Assembly: GCF_004010195.1 (NCBI RefSeq) | Contig: NW_025215205.1 | Span: 1 to 34,570, forward strand | Direction: 5' to 3' | DNA from: Chiloscyllium plagiosum | Taxonomy: Eukaryota | DNA length: 34,570 nt | In this document: in pieces, positions 11,230 to 21,755 of the stretch | How the letters are laid out: each line of letters begins with the position of its first letter | How positions within the stretch are numbered: position 1 is the stretch's first letter | Program-made: the position numbers and the translations under genes | The notes under the pieces: generated by a model | What the model was told of the DNA's origin: nothing | Databases searched by the model: none | What the model saw: the letters and a program-made list of their open reading frames with translations, nothing else

Positions 11230-11968
11230 AAACAGTGAGATGGAGGCACTAGGAAAACTGCAGGGAGTGGTGAAGCTACACGGTCTCAAATACAGGAGTG
11301 AGAGAGAGGAGTTGGGATGTCTCTGATAGAGAAGAGTGAGAAAGGAATTGGAGTGTCACAGAGACAGGAGAGAGACAGAAGGATTTGCCTGTCTCAACTA
11401 TAGGACAGTGAGAGAGGGATTAGAGTGTCTTAGATTGTGTGGAAACAGGCCCTTTGGCCCGACAAGTCCACACCGACTCTCCGAAGAGCAACCCACCCAG
11501 ACCCATTCCCCTACATTTACCTAACACTACGGGCAATTTAGCATGGCCAATTCACCTAACCTGCACATTTTTGGACTGTGGGAGGAAACTGGAGCACACC
11601 CACACAGACACGGGGAGAATGTGCAAACTCCGCACAGACAATTGTCTGAGACAGGAATTGAACCTAGGTCCCTGGCGCTGTGAGGCAACTGTGCCACAGT
11701 GCCGCACCAGATGTAGGAGAGTTACAGAAGGATTCGTGTGTGTCAGATATAGGACAGTCGGAGAGAGATTCGAGTGTCTCTGATAGAGCAAAGTGAGAGA
11801 GGGATTAGAGTGTCTCAGATAGAGGAGAGCAAGAGAGGGATTAGTATGTCTCAGGTGCAGGAGAGTGAGAGAGGGATTAGACTGTCTCAGATAGAGGGGA
11901 GTAAGAGAGGGATTAGAGTGTTTTAGATCAAGGAGAATGAGTGAGGGATTAGAGTGTCTCAGATAAGG
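11230..11968. repeat. 36-bp purine-rich tandem repeat (GAGAGTGAGAGAGGGATTAGAGTGTCTCAGATAGAG), interrupted by a SINE
   Basis: GGGATTAG recurs at 11801, 11837 and 11873 (period 36). More degenerate units lie upstream of the SINE. Confidence 0.85.
11431..11708 (-). mobile_element. HE1-like SINE inserted into the 36-bp array
   Basis: Same head, core and tail as the copy at 10110-10403. Confidence 0.9.
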
Positions 11969-12078
11969 AATGTGGATATCCTGGAATTTGTAGAGGGATC
12001 ATGTCCTGTCTGACCAAATAGTCAGTTGCTGGCACAAGCTCGATACTAGGCTGCTTTCAAGATCTCCTCTTTAAACAT

Positions 12079-12254
12079 AGATTAGATTAGATTAGATTCC
12101 CTACAGTGTGGAAACAGGCCATTGGCCCCAACCAGTCCACACCGACCCTCCGAAGAGTAACCCACCCAGACCCATTTCCCTCTGACTAATGCACCTAACA
12201 CTATGGGCAATTTAGCATGGCCAATTCACCCTGATCTGCACGTCTTTGGACTGG
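12079..12254 (-). mobile_element. HE1-like SINE, 5'-truncated
   Basis: (GATTA)n CCCTACAGTGTGGAAACAGGCC...GGCAATTTAGCATGGCCAATTCACC, with no tRNA head. Confidence 0.9.
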
Positions 12255-12662
12255 CCTCGGGCCTTCAGCAATTGTGGGTGCAGCTCTGTTTTTCTCCACA
12301 TGTGTAGTCCTTCTTGGAACACAGGCCTTTGAACTGGTAAATCCTGATTTTTGTCACTCACCATTCATCTTGTTGAAATGGGTTCGCTGAGAAGAGAAGT
12401 GAATTTTGTGTTGAGCAAGTGACAGGAAACCCTTTATAGTGTGCTATTGTGATAGGAGGCAGTGACAATGGAAGTATTTCGAGAAACAAAGGCTCTTGTA
12501 GGAAGAGTTTGCTTGCAGTCTGAATGCTTTGCTCTCTTAAATGCGGTAATAATTGTCTCTGAGTATCTGTGACCGAGATATTTTGTTGCTGTCATTTAAC
12601 TGTTGTGTTGCGTTTTGTCCTAATTCCGTCTGCTGTTGTTTCTGGTCCCCATTTGGTTCCAG

Positions 12663-13235
12663 GAGGGAATTTCGGAGGCACAAGCACATGTCTATCTGGG
12701 AGGCCCGAACCAGCCAGTTGAGGAGACGGATGCAGATGAGCAGCCGCGAGGCTCTTTTTGCTGAGGCTTTGCAAGGCCTGGAGGGTAGCAGGTACAGGAG
12801 GCACCGTTCCAGGGTCTTTGAGAGTGAGAGCATCCGGCGGCTCGCTGAGCAGAGGGCCAGGGAGGCCGGAGAAGGAGAGGCCGGCAAGCGAGAGGGCTTC
12901 AAGAGTCTGTCGCTTCGCAACAACTGGCAGCCAGTGGGAGACAACAAGGACAGCCCTTCCCCCAAAGTCAACGGAGATCAGGAGTGCAAAGCCTACAGCC
13001 GGCAGGCAGAGAGCGGGCAGGGCCTGGTGGTGGATGAACCCGCGAGGCTGAAGAGGAGGTACCGGTCGCTCTACAAGGAAGCCAAGCTGGGGCTGGAGGT
13101 GAGCGACAGCAAAGAGGAGGGGTTGCTCCCGCCCAAGGAGCAGGAGGAGACAGGTCTGCCAAGCCCCAGCCCCAAGGAGAAAGGTGGCCGTGAGCCGACA
13201 AAGGCACACTCCTGGAGAGGGAGACCCCACACAAG
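12663..13235 (+). CDS. CACNA1E: Cav2 alpha-1 large II-III loop exon, (E)[31 protein letters not shown]...HSWRGRPHT(S)
   Basis: Long pyrimidine tract then CCAG|; donor AAG|GTGAGA. 573 nt, phase 2 to 2. [24 protein letters not shown] aligns to the CACNA1E [24 protein letters not shown] motif. Confidence 0.93.
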
Positions 13236-13274
13236 GTGAGAAACATTTGGATTTCCTGCCAGTTGGTTTGTACT

Positions 13275-13590
13275 CTTTTTTTAAATTCTTTTGAGTGGGT
13301 GTGTGATGCTCGTCCCTGATTGCCCTTTTAACAGAGTGGCTTGCACAGCCTCCACACAGGGCTGTTCAGACTCCATGATATTGCTGTGGGTCTGATCTCC
13401 CATCTAGCCCAGACCAGGTAACAATGGCTCAGTGAATCAGTTGAGGTTTTACACTAATCAACAATAGTTGTCACTATTACTAAGACTAGCTATAAATTGC
13501 AGAGTACATTAGTTTAGTTTAAAATTAGCTTCTGTGCTGGGGTTTGAACCCTTGTTAGCCTGAACCTCTGGCTTTCTAATCATGTTGCTG
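13275..13590 (-). mobile_element. Old tRNA-derived SINE (SacSINE1/DeuSINE-like), degenerate
   Basis: GCTGTGGGTCTG...CCAGACCAGGTAA...AGTGAATCAG...GGGGTTTGAACCC (inverted B box). Family assignment is from recall. Confidence 0.55.
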
Positions 13591-14003
13591 ATCCACCGCT
13601 GATTCTGTATCAGAGGGAATCGCCATGTCCAAGGTTTGAACTCCAACGTGTTGATTGGCAATAATGGCAATCAAAGTACCCACAATCCATTGTAATGTGG
13701 AAACTGCTCTATCTACCATGTAGTCTTGGTCAACCAAGGCTGCAGTGCATTTAGGATGGCTGTTTCTCTTTCTTCCTGGGTTTCCTTCTTCAAGTGTCCA
13801 GGAAGTTAATTCTCAGAGACTCTCGTACTGCTGTTTTAAAATTCTGTTTTAAAGCAATTTGGCTGTTTCTCGTTGAAATATAACTGTCTCAGCTCACAGT
13901 GGCAAAACTTTAGCCACTTCCTACGGATCCATATAGATTCTCATCTTGTGAAACTTCCAGAAATAAATGGAATTTTTAAAAGATTTCTCTGATACTACTG
14001 TGT

Positions 14004-14155
14004 GTCAGGTGAATTGGCCAGGCTAAATTGCCCGTAGTGGTAGGTGGATTAGTCAGAGAGAGACGGGTCTCGGTGGGTTATTCTTCAGAGGGTCAGTGTG
14101 GACTGGTTGGGCCGAAGGGCCTGTTTCCACACTGTAGGGAATCTAATCTAATCAA
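14004..14155 (+). mobile_element. HE1-like SINE 3' fragment
   Basis: GTCAGGTGAATTGGCCAGGCTAAATTGCCC...GGGCCTGTTTCCACACTGTAGGGAATCTAATCTAATC. Confidence 0.9.
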
Positions 14156-14287
14156 ATCATAGCTTACTCTCAGTGACCTGAGCTGCTTACTCACACAGAT
14201 GCCCATCTTCCCATTGTACTTGGGCAGAAGGTTCCTAGGAAAGTAGACAAACCCCTTTTCACATCCTCCCCTTAACAATGCCCTCCA

Positions 14288-14598
14288 GTGGCATGGTGGC
14301 TCAGAGGTTGGGGTTCAGTTCCACTGTTGGGCGACTGTCTGTGTGGAGTTTGTACATTCTCCCTGTGTCTGCATGGGGTTTCCTCTGGTTTCCTCCCACA
14401 GTCTAAAGGAATGCAGGTTAGGAGGATTGCCCATGGTGTCCAGAGATATGCAGGCTAGGTGGGTTAGCCAGGAGAAGTGCAGGGTCACAGGGATAGGGTA
14501 GGGGGCATCGGTCTTGGCGGGATGCTCTTCGGAGGGTGGGTGTGGACTCAATAGATCAAATGACTTGCTTCTACACTGGAGGGATTCTATGATTCTAG
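14288..14598 (+). mobile_element. HE1-like SINE, older subfamily
   Basis: GTGGCATGGTGGCTCAG head, GTGTGGAGTTTGTACATTCTCCC core and GATTCTATGATTCTA tail. Confidence 0.85.
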
Positions 14599-15042
14599 TG
14601 GACAATAGGGGAAGGACTTGACAAGCAGTTACATTGGGCCGTTGGGAGAGGAGCTGGCTGATGTCCTACGAGTCATTACAGAATCAACAGAATAGTTATG
14701 GTGCAAGAAAGGGGCCAAGCAGCCCTAGCTCTCCAAATGACCATTATGACTTAGTATCCTTCCCCTCCATTTCGGACAGGGATTGAGTGGAGAAATTATA
14801 ATACGACCTGCCCTGGAGCTCAGCTGTATGTGCTGATTTCCCCAGGGCTCTGGAAACCATCTGTATCGGCAGCAACTTGATTCTCCCTCCACAGGTGGTG
14901 GGAGGCCATTGCCAGTGTTACCTGAGCAGTAGCCAACCCAGCAATGACTGGTGAACAAGACTGGCTGCAGAGGGTAAGAGGAGGGAGATAAGCATTTGGC
15001 AGAATGCGCTTCGAGTGACTTGTCTCCACTGTCTGCCCACAG

Positions 15043-15350
15043 CCGCCTGAATCAGCAGTTGGGCACCAACACCAACATGCCCGCCATGCAAGTGGGGGCA
15101 GAGGGTGCTCGAGTCACAGAGAATGAAAACGCGGACGGTACGCGAAACAGCAAGATCGATAAACAGCAAATCAACGAGCAGACCAGCTTGCTCAATCTGC
15201 AGCTGGATCTGAAAAACAGGCCCGCCTCACCACAACTGACTGAGTCGGGAAGTTGCAGGAACCGGGATCAGGAAAAGTCTCGGGATCAGACCGAGGTCGA
15301 CGTGGACTGTGAAAACACCGAGACCCCAATGGATTCCCTCGTTGGCCCAG
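15043..15350 (+). CDS. CACNA1E: Cav2 alpha-1 distal II-III loop exon, (S)[12 protein letters not shown]...[21 protein letters not shown](G)
   Basis: Acceptor TGTCTGCCCACAG| and donor CAG|GTAGGA. 308 nt, phase 2 to 1, matching the upstream exon's phase. CpG-rich open frame. [15 protein letters not shown] matches my recollection of ray doe-1. Confidence 0.85.
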
Positions 15351-15666
15351 GTAGGAGCATGTCCATTTGCTGAGGGGCGTTTGGAAAGCCATAAATGTGT
15401 TCGACCTCCAACCCCAACACAACTCCCTTCCACCCCCTTCCCCACAATCTGTTACTTCTCCCAATCCGCTTGGCAATGGGGATCAATGTGAAGGATTATT
15501 GGCGTAGCTAGGTTAATCTGCTCCAATCTCACTAGCCCATATGTGAAAGTAATAAAGGATTGAGATCCAATCTGTTTATCTCCGTGGTGGTAATCCTCAG
15601 TAGGACAAGATTTGATTCAATATCTAGATATTTTCTAGAAGATCCAAGGTTTGATTCAGGTCTAGA

Positions 15667-15766
15667 TATTGTCTAACCGGCCTATTCAGGAGTGTTATTG
15701 CACACCTCTGGAGCAGGTATGACTTGAATCCAGATCTTCTGTCTGAGGGAGGGACACTACCATTGT
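15667..15766 (-). mobile_element. Short tRNA-like SINE, same family as 6990-7255
   Basis: Reverse complement AATGGTAGTGTCCCTCCCTCAGACAGAAG...CTGCTCCAGAGGTGTGCAATAACACTCCTGA aligns with 7009-7090. Confidence 0.7.
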
Positions 15767-16089
15767 AGTTGTTGGGTTCATGGCTAGGATTGGATAGCAA
15801 ACCTTTTGCCATTGGACCCATACAGAGACTTAATCCTCATTTTGTTACAAATAGCAGTCATAGTACAAAGCTGCATATAATTGGTACCAAGTGCCACTGG
15901 TACCAAGAAATGATATGTTTTAGGGCCTTCTCACTGGTAGAGTAGGGGTGTCCAGTGCATGAAATAGGAAAGTACTTTGTTTGTGCGTTACAGCAGAATC
16001 TTTTGGTAATTTTGATAAAGATGCTTTGAGTAGTGCAGAAAGGAGGCTTGCTGCTCTATCCAACAATTTATTTATCTGAAAGTTAAAGA

Positions 16090-16217
16090 GGAATGCTGAT
16101 GAGAAGTCAGTCCTCTGAAATGTTAATTCAGGTTTTCCTCCATAGATGCTGTGGATATGCTGAGTATTTCCAGTGTTTCTGTTTGATTTCAAAATGGCAG
16201 CATCTGCAGTATTTTGT
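16090..16217 (+). mobile_element. Degenerate Penelope-type terminal-repeat fragment
   Basis: CTGATGA...GAAATGTT...AGATGCTG..GA..TGCTGAGTATTTCCAG, similar to the 20882-20974 insert. An inverted, more decayed relative lies at about 16825-16925. Confidence 0.6.
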
Positions 16218-16284
16218 CATTGAGAGCAGGTATTGCCTGATGTAAGAGAGTTTGTTGGAGCAGTTTGTTGGAGAAACTTCACTT

Positions 16285-16635
16285 TGTGAGAGAGCTTTAC
16301 TCTGTCTATAACCTCGTGCTGCCCCTGTCCTGGGAGTGTTTGATGTGGTTGGTATAGAGGGAGCTTTACTCTGTCTATAACCTCGTGCTGCCCCTGTCCT
16401 GGGAGTGTTTGATGTGGTTGGTATAGAAGGAGCTTTACTCTGTCTATAACCTCATGCTGCACCTGTCCTGGGAGTGTTTGAAGGGGACGGTGTAGACAGT
16501 GTGTGACTCTGTATCTTACCCTGTGCTATCCCTGTCGTGGGAGTGCTTGAAGGGGACACTATATACTCTGTATCTAACCCCGTACTGTCCTTGTCCAGGG
16601 AGTGTTTGATGGGAAGAGTTTAGAGTGAGTGGATT
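16285..16635. repeat. 69-bp tandem repeat, about 5 units (GAGCTTTACTCTGTCTATAACCTCGTGCTGCCCCTGTCCTGGGAGTGTTTGATGTGGTTGGTATAGAGG)
   Basis: GAGCTTTAC at 16292, 16361 and 16430. The last two units are more diverged. Confidence 0.92.
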
Positions 16636-17029
16636 CACCGTTATGTTGAAGCATTTTGTGTGTGTTGCATTATTAAAGACACAGAACATATTTGAACAGA
16701 GATATGTAAGCACAAAGTAGCAACAGTTACATGAGTTACAACACAAATGGTGTTAGCCAATTTTGCTGCTGCTGTCAAGGGCCATCTATCTCATCAGCAC
16801 ATAACTGCCAACAGTGATGATCTAAAAGAAACACAGAATATGTGGAAAGTGCTAAGCACATCAGGCAGTATCTGTGAAGAGAAACAGGAGTCACACTTCA
16901 GAGTGAGGACTCATTTCTGTCAGATATCATCGAGGGATTCATCTCACCGGATTTCACAACACAAGAGTCTGATGAATGATCACATACAAGAAGACGACAA
17001 TCCATTACATTCTCCTCGGATCCTACATC

Positions 17030-17595
17030 GATTTCTGTTTCTGTCTGTCGCTCTCAGTGTCTCTTTGTGTCGTTCTTGGTGTCTCCCTGTGACATTGTTG
17101 GTGCTTCCCTGTGTCATTCTCAGTTTCACTCTGTCCCCCTCTCTGTGTCACTCTGTCTCCCTCACAATGCCTCTCTGTGTCACTCTCGATGGCTTTCCGT
17201 GTCATTCCTGGTCGCTCTCTGTGTCCCTCTCCGTATCTCTCTGTGTCATTCCTGGTCGCTCTCTGTGTCCCTCTCCGTGTCTCTCTGTGTCATTCCTGGT
17301 AGCTCTCTGTGTCCCTCTCTGTGTCTCTCTGTGTCATTCCTGGTGGATCTCTGTGTTGCTCTCAGTGTGACTCTTGTTTCTTTGTGTCCCTCTCAGTGTT
17401 GGTCTCTGTGTCACTTTCGGTCGCTCTCTGCATCATTCCTGGTGTGTCTCTGTCTCGTTCATGGTGTCTCTCTTGTCTGTCGGTGTCTTTCATGTCTCTC
17501 TGCGCCACTCTCAATGTCTCTCTGTGTCATTCTAGGTGTCTCTGCTTGTTTGTCTCAGTGTCTCTCTGTGTCGCTGTCGGTGTCTCTCTGTCATT
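17030..17595. repeat. Degenerate TC/TG-rich satellite related to the large array at 23430-34530
   Basis: Repeated CTCTGTGTCA(C/T), GGTGTCTCTC and CCTGGTCGCTC motifs, on the same strand as the large array. Confidence 0.85.
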
Positions 17596-17912
17596 AAGAT
17601 ATGGAGATGAACTCCTTTGTTACTTAAAGCCAAGCACCCAGAAAAGCTCGCCTCACCTGTAATCTCTTAAAGTATGAGTGACAGAGAACTCTCACATTTC
17701 ACTATTTAAATAAAATAACATCAATTTATTTTTTAACTTTAAAGGTGAACATTAAACAACAACCATTCATAACTCTAAGCCCCCCTTCTCTTAACTGCTT
17801 ACTATCTGTCCCCAACTCCATAATAATATGCTGTTCCAATAAGACACTTATTAAAATTACATCAACCTAATTTCAAAACCACACAGCCACTGTCGTCTTT
17901 TGTCTTCCCTTT

Positions 17913-18716
17913 TAGAACATAGAACATAGAACAATACAGCACAGAACAGGCCCTTCAGCCCACGATGTTGTGCCGAACATTTGTCCTAGCTTAAGCACCT
18001 GTCCTAGCCGTTCCAATGAGAAAAGGCCTAGCACTCTCAACCTATCCTCATACGACCTCTTCTCCATTCCAGGCAACATCCTGGTAAATCTCCTCTGCAC
18101 CCTCTCCAAAGCTTCCACATCTTTCCTAAAATGAGGTGACCAGAACTGCACACAGTACTCCAAATGTGGCCTTACCAAGGTCCTATACAGCTGCAACATC
18201 ACCTCACGACTCTTGAATTCAATCCCTCTGCTAATGAACGCAAATACACCATAGGCCTTCTTACAAGCTCTACCCACCTGAGTGGCAACTTTCAAAGACC
18301 AGAGGACCTAGAACTGATTGCTGCGGAACTCCACTTGTAACTGGGCTCCAGGCTGAATATTTACCATCTACCACCACTCTCTGCCTTTGACCGGTTAGCC
18401 AGTTTTCTATCCAATTGGCCATATTTCCCTCTATCCCATGCCTCCTGGCTTTCCGCATAAGCCTACCATGGGGAACCTTATCAAATGCCTTACTAAAATC
18501 CATGTACACTACATCCACTGCTCTACCCTCATCCACATGCTTGGTCACCTCCTCAAAGAATTCAATAAGACTTGTAAGGCAAGACCTACCCCTCCCAAAT
18601 CCGTGCTGGCTGTCCCTAATCAAGCAGTGTCTTTCCAGATACTCATAAACCCTATCCCTCAGTACCCTTTTCATTACTTTGCCTACCACCGAAGTAAGAC
18701 TAACTGGCCTGTAACT
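17913..18716 (-). mobile_element. Young CR1 LINE 3' portion (RT and C-terminus) with internal deletions
   Basis: YRPVSLTSVVGK...SQHGF...DFSKAFDKVPHGRL...GVPQQSVLGP and VRPHLEYCVQFWSPH in two frames. (AGAACAT)n inverted tail at 17913-17935. Confidence 0.96.
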
Positions 18717-20566
18717 GGGGTGCCTAAATTGGGAGCAGATGTTCTCAGGGAAATGCACGACAGAAATGTGGAGGTTGTTTAGGGAGCACTTGCTGATAGT
18801 GCTGCATTGGTTTGTCCCACTGAGGCAAGAAAGGGATGGTAGGGTGAAGGAACCGTTGGTGACAAGGGATGTGGAACATCTAGTCAAGAGGAAGAAGGAA
18901 GCTTACTGAAGGTTGAGTAGGCAAGGGTCAGACAGGGCTCTAGAGGATTACAACGTAGCCAGGAAGGAACTGAAGAATAGACACAGGAGAGCTAGAAGGG
19001 GCATGAAAAAAACTTGGTGGGTAGGATTAAGGAAAATCCTAAGGCGTTCTACAGTTATGTGAGGAACAAGAGGATGGCCAGAGTGAGGGTAGGGCCGATC
19101 AGGGATAGTGGAGGGAACTTGTGCCTGGAGTTGGAGGAAGTAGGGGAGGTCCTTAATGGATACTTTGCTTCAGTGTTCATCACTGAGTGATCTTGACATT
19201 TCTGAGTACAGTGTGAAACAGGCTGATATCCTCGAACAGGTTGATGTTCGGAAGGAGGATGTGCTGAAAACTTTGAAAAACCTAAGGATATTTAAATCCC
19301 CTGAGCTAGATGGGATATATTCTTGGTTACTACAGGAAGTGAGGGAAGAGATTGCTGCGCCTTTGGCGATAATCTTTGCGTCCTCACTGCCCACTGGAGT
19401 AATACCAGATGATTGGAGGGTGGCAAGCATTATTCCTTTGTTCAAGAAAGGGAATAGGGACAAACCTGGGAATTACAGACCTGACAGTCTTAGATGAGTG
19501 GTGGGCAAATATTGGAGAGGATTCGGAGAGACAGGATTTATGATTACTTGAAAACCATAGTTTGATAAGAGATAGTCAGCATGGCTTTGTGAGGGGCAGG
19601 TCATGCCTCACAAACCTTACTAAATTCTTTGAGGATGTAATATCAGGGCGGCACAGTGACTCAGTGGTTAGCAATGCTGCCTCACAGCGCCAGGTACCTG
19701 GGTTGAATTCCCACCTCGGGCGGCGGTCTGTATGGAGTTTGCACATTCTCCCCGTCTCTGCATGCGTTTCCTCCAGTTTCATCTAACTATCCAAAGATGT
19801 GCTGGTCAGGTGAATTGGATATGTTAAATTATCCATAGCGTTAGATGCATTAGTCAGGTGTAAATGTCTCGGTGGGTTACTCTTCGGAGGGTCGGTGTGG
19901 ACTTGTTAGGCCAAAGGCCTGTTTCCATACTGTAGGGAACCTAATCTAACTAATCTAAAACATATTGAATGTAGAGCAGTGGATCTGGTGTATGTGGATT
20001 TTAGCAAGGCATTGATAAGGTTCCCCATGGTAGGCTCATTCAGAAAGAAAGGAGGCATGGGATACAGGGAAATCTGTCTGTCTGGATACAGAATTGGCTG
20101 GCCCATAGGAGACAGAGGGTGGTACTGGATGGCATGTATTCAGACTGGAGCTTGGTAACCAGTGGTGTTTTGCAAGATTCAGTTCTGGGACCTCTGCTTT
20201 TTGTGATTTTTATAAACAACTTGGTTGAGGAAGTGGAAGGGTGGAATAGTATGTTTGCCAATGACACGAAGGTTGGTCGAGTTGTGGTACACTGTGGAGG
20301 GCTGTTGCGGGTTGCAATGGGACATTGACAGGATGCAGAATTGGGCTAAGAAGTGGCAGATGGAGTCAACCTGGAAAAGTGTGAAGTGATTCACTTTGGA
20401 AGGTTGAACTTGAATGCAGTATACAGGGTTAAAGGCAGGATTCTTGGCAGTGTGGAGGAACAGAGGGATCTTGGGGTCTGCGCCCATAGATCCTTCAAAG
20501 TTGCCACCCAAGTTGATAGGATTGTTGAGAAGGCATATGGCATGTTGGCTTTCATTAGCAGGGTTT
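18717..20566 (+). mobile_element. CR1 LINE ORF2 fragment (tether and RT), frameshifted, with nested SINE
   Basis: KSPELDGI, PLFKKGNRDKPGNYRP, SQHGFVRGRSCLTNL, SVLGPLLFVIFIN and FANDTKV motifs. Confidence 0.95.
19646..19957 (+). mobile_element. HE1-like SINE nested in CR1 RT
   Basis: GGGCGGCACAGTGACTCAGTGGTTAGC head to (CTAAT)n tail. Interrupts FFEDV / KHI...AVDLVYVDFSKA. Confidence 0.92.
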
Positions 20567-20881
20567 AGGAGGACATGAATAGAGCAGGGATGGGAATGGT
20601 TATTGTAGTTTCCAGGGTTTAGATGTTTCAGTAAGAACAGAGAAGATGGTAAAAGAGTGGGGAGATGTGACATTGTTAGTCACACACAGTATTACAGTGT
20701 CAGAAAGGACATTTGAGGACTCGTCTACTGAGGTAGTGTGGACTGAGGTTAGAAACAGGAAAGGACATGTCACCCTGTTGGGAGTTTTCTACAGGCCTCT
20801 GAATACATCCAGAGATGTAGAGGAAAGGATAGCAAAGATGATTGTCGATAGAACAAGGGTGACAGGGTAGTTGTTATGAGG

Positions 20882-20974
20882 TGAAACTTTATTGCTGGAA
20901 CAGCACAGCAGGTCAGGCAGCATCTAGGGAACAGAAGATTCGACGTTTCGGGCACATGCCCTTCTTCAGGAATG
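20882..20974 (-). mobile_element. 93-bp Penelope-type insert with 13-bp target-site duplication
   Basis: AGTTGTTATGAGG at 20869-20881 and 20975-20987. It splits the CR1 endonuclease VVM.DFN motif. AATAAA lies near its 3' end on the minus strand. Confidence 0.85.
20938..20973 (-). ncRNA. Minimal type I hammerhead ribozyme motif (Penelope-associated)
   Basis: Minus strand reads ATTC-CTGAAGA-A-GGGC-ATGT-GCCC-GAAAC-GTC-GAAT: CUGANGA core, 4-bp stem II, GAAA, loopless ACGU stem III, GUC triplet, and 4-bp stem I (AUUC/GAAU). Confidence 0.75.
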
Positions 20975-21443
20975 AGTTGTTATGAGGGACTTTAACTTTC
21001 CAAATATTGACTGGAAATACAATAGTTCAAGTACTTCAGATGGGTCAGTTTTTGTCCAGTGTGTGCAGGAGGATTTCCTGACACAGTACGTAGACAGGCC
21101 AACAAGGGGCGAGGCGACACTGGATTTGGTACTGGGTAATGAACCCAGCCAGGTGTTAGATTTGGAAGTAGGTGAGCACTTTGGTGATAGTGACCACAAT
21201 TCGGTTATGTTTACTTTAGCAATGGAAAGGGATAGGTATATACCGCAGGACAAGAGTTATAGCTGGGGGAAAGGCAATTATGATGCGATTAGGCAAGATT
21301 TAGGATGCATAGGATGGGGAAGGAAACTGCAGGGAATGGACACAATTGAAATGTGGAGCTTATTCAAGGAGTAGCTACTGCGTGTCTTGATAAGTATGTA
21401 CTCGTCAGGCAGGGAGGAAGTGGTCGAGTGAGGCAACTGTGGT

Positions 21444-21755
21444 TTAGATTAGATTACATTACAGTGTGGAAACAGGCCCTTCGGCCCAACAAGTCCACAC
21501 CGACCCGCCGAAGCGCACCCACCCATACCCCGACATTTACCCCTTACCGAACATTACGGACAATTTAGCATGGCCAATTCACCTGACCCGCACATCTTTG
21601 GACTGTGGGAGGAAACCGGAGCACCCGGAGGAAACCCACGCAGACACGGGGAGAACATGCAAACTCCACACAGTCAGTCGCCTGAGGCGGGAATTGAACC
21701 CAGATCTCTGGCGCTGTGAGGCAACAGTGCTAACCACTGTGCCACCGTGCCGCCC
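21444..21755 (-). mobile_element. HE1-like SINE, full length and young, nested in CR1
   Basis: Reverse strand GGCGGCACGGTGGCACAGTGGTTAGCACTGTTGCCTCACAGCGCCAGAG...GGTTCAATTCCC, intact core and (AATCT)n tail. Confidence 0.94.

Noticed and set aside
12553..12662. 5' extension of the 228-aa ORF (MSLSICDRD...)
   Set aside because: This is the polypyrimidine tract of the intron. Homology and phase begin at 12663.
15351..17030. Next channel exon leading into IIIS1 (...SMF.F..TNP)
   Set aside because: No matching translation found by eye. It presumably lies beyond the window or in the gap.
17596..17912. AT-rich segment as possible LTR or regulatory element
   Set aside because: No partner repeat, TSD or recognisable motif to support a call.
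10110..21755. tRNA genes suggested by A/B boxes
   Set aside because: The boxes are SINE heads followed by HE1 core and tail, with no complete cloverleaf.
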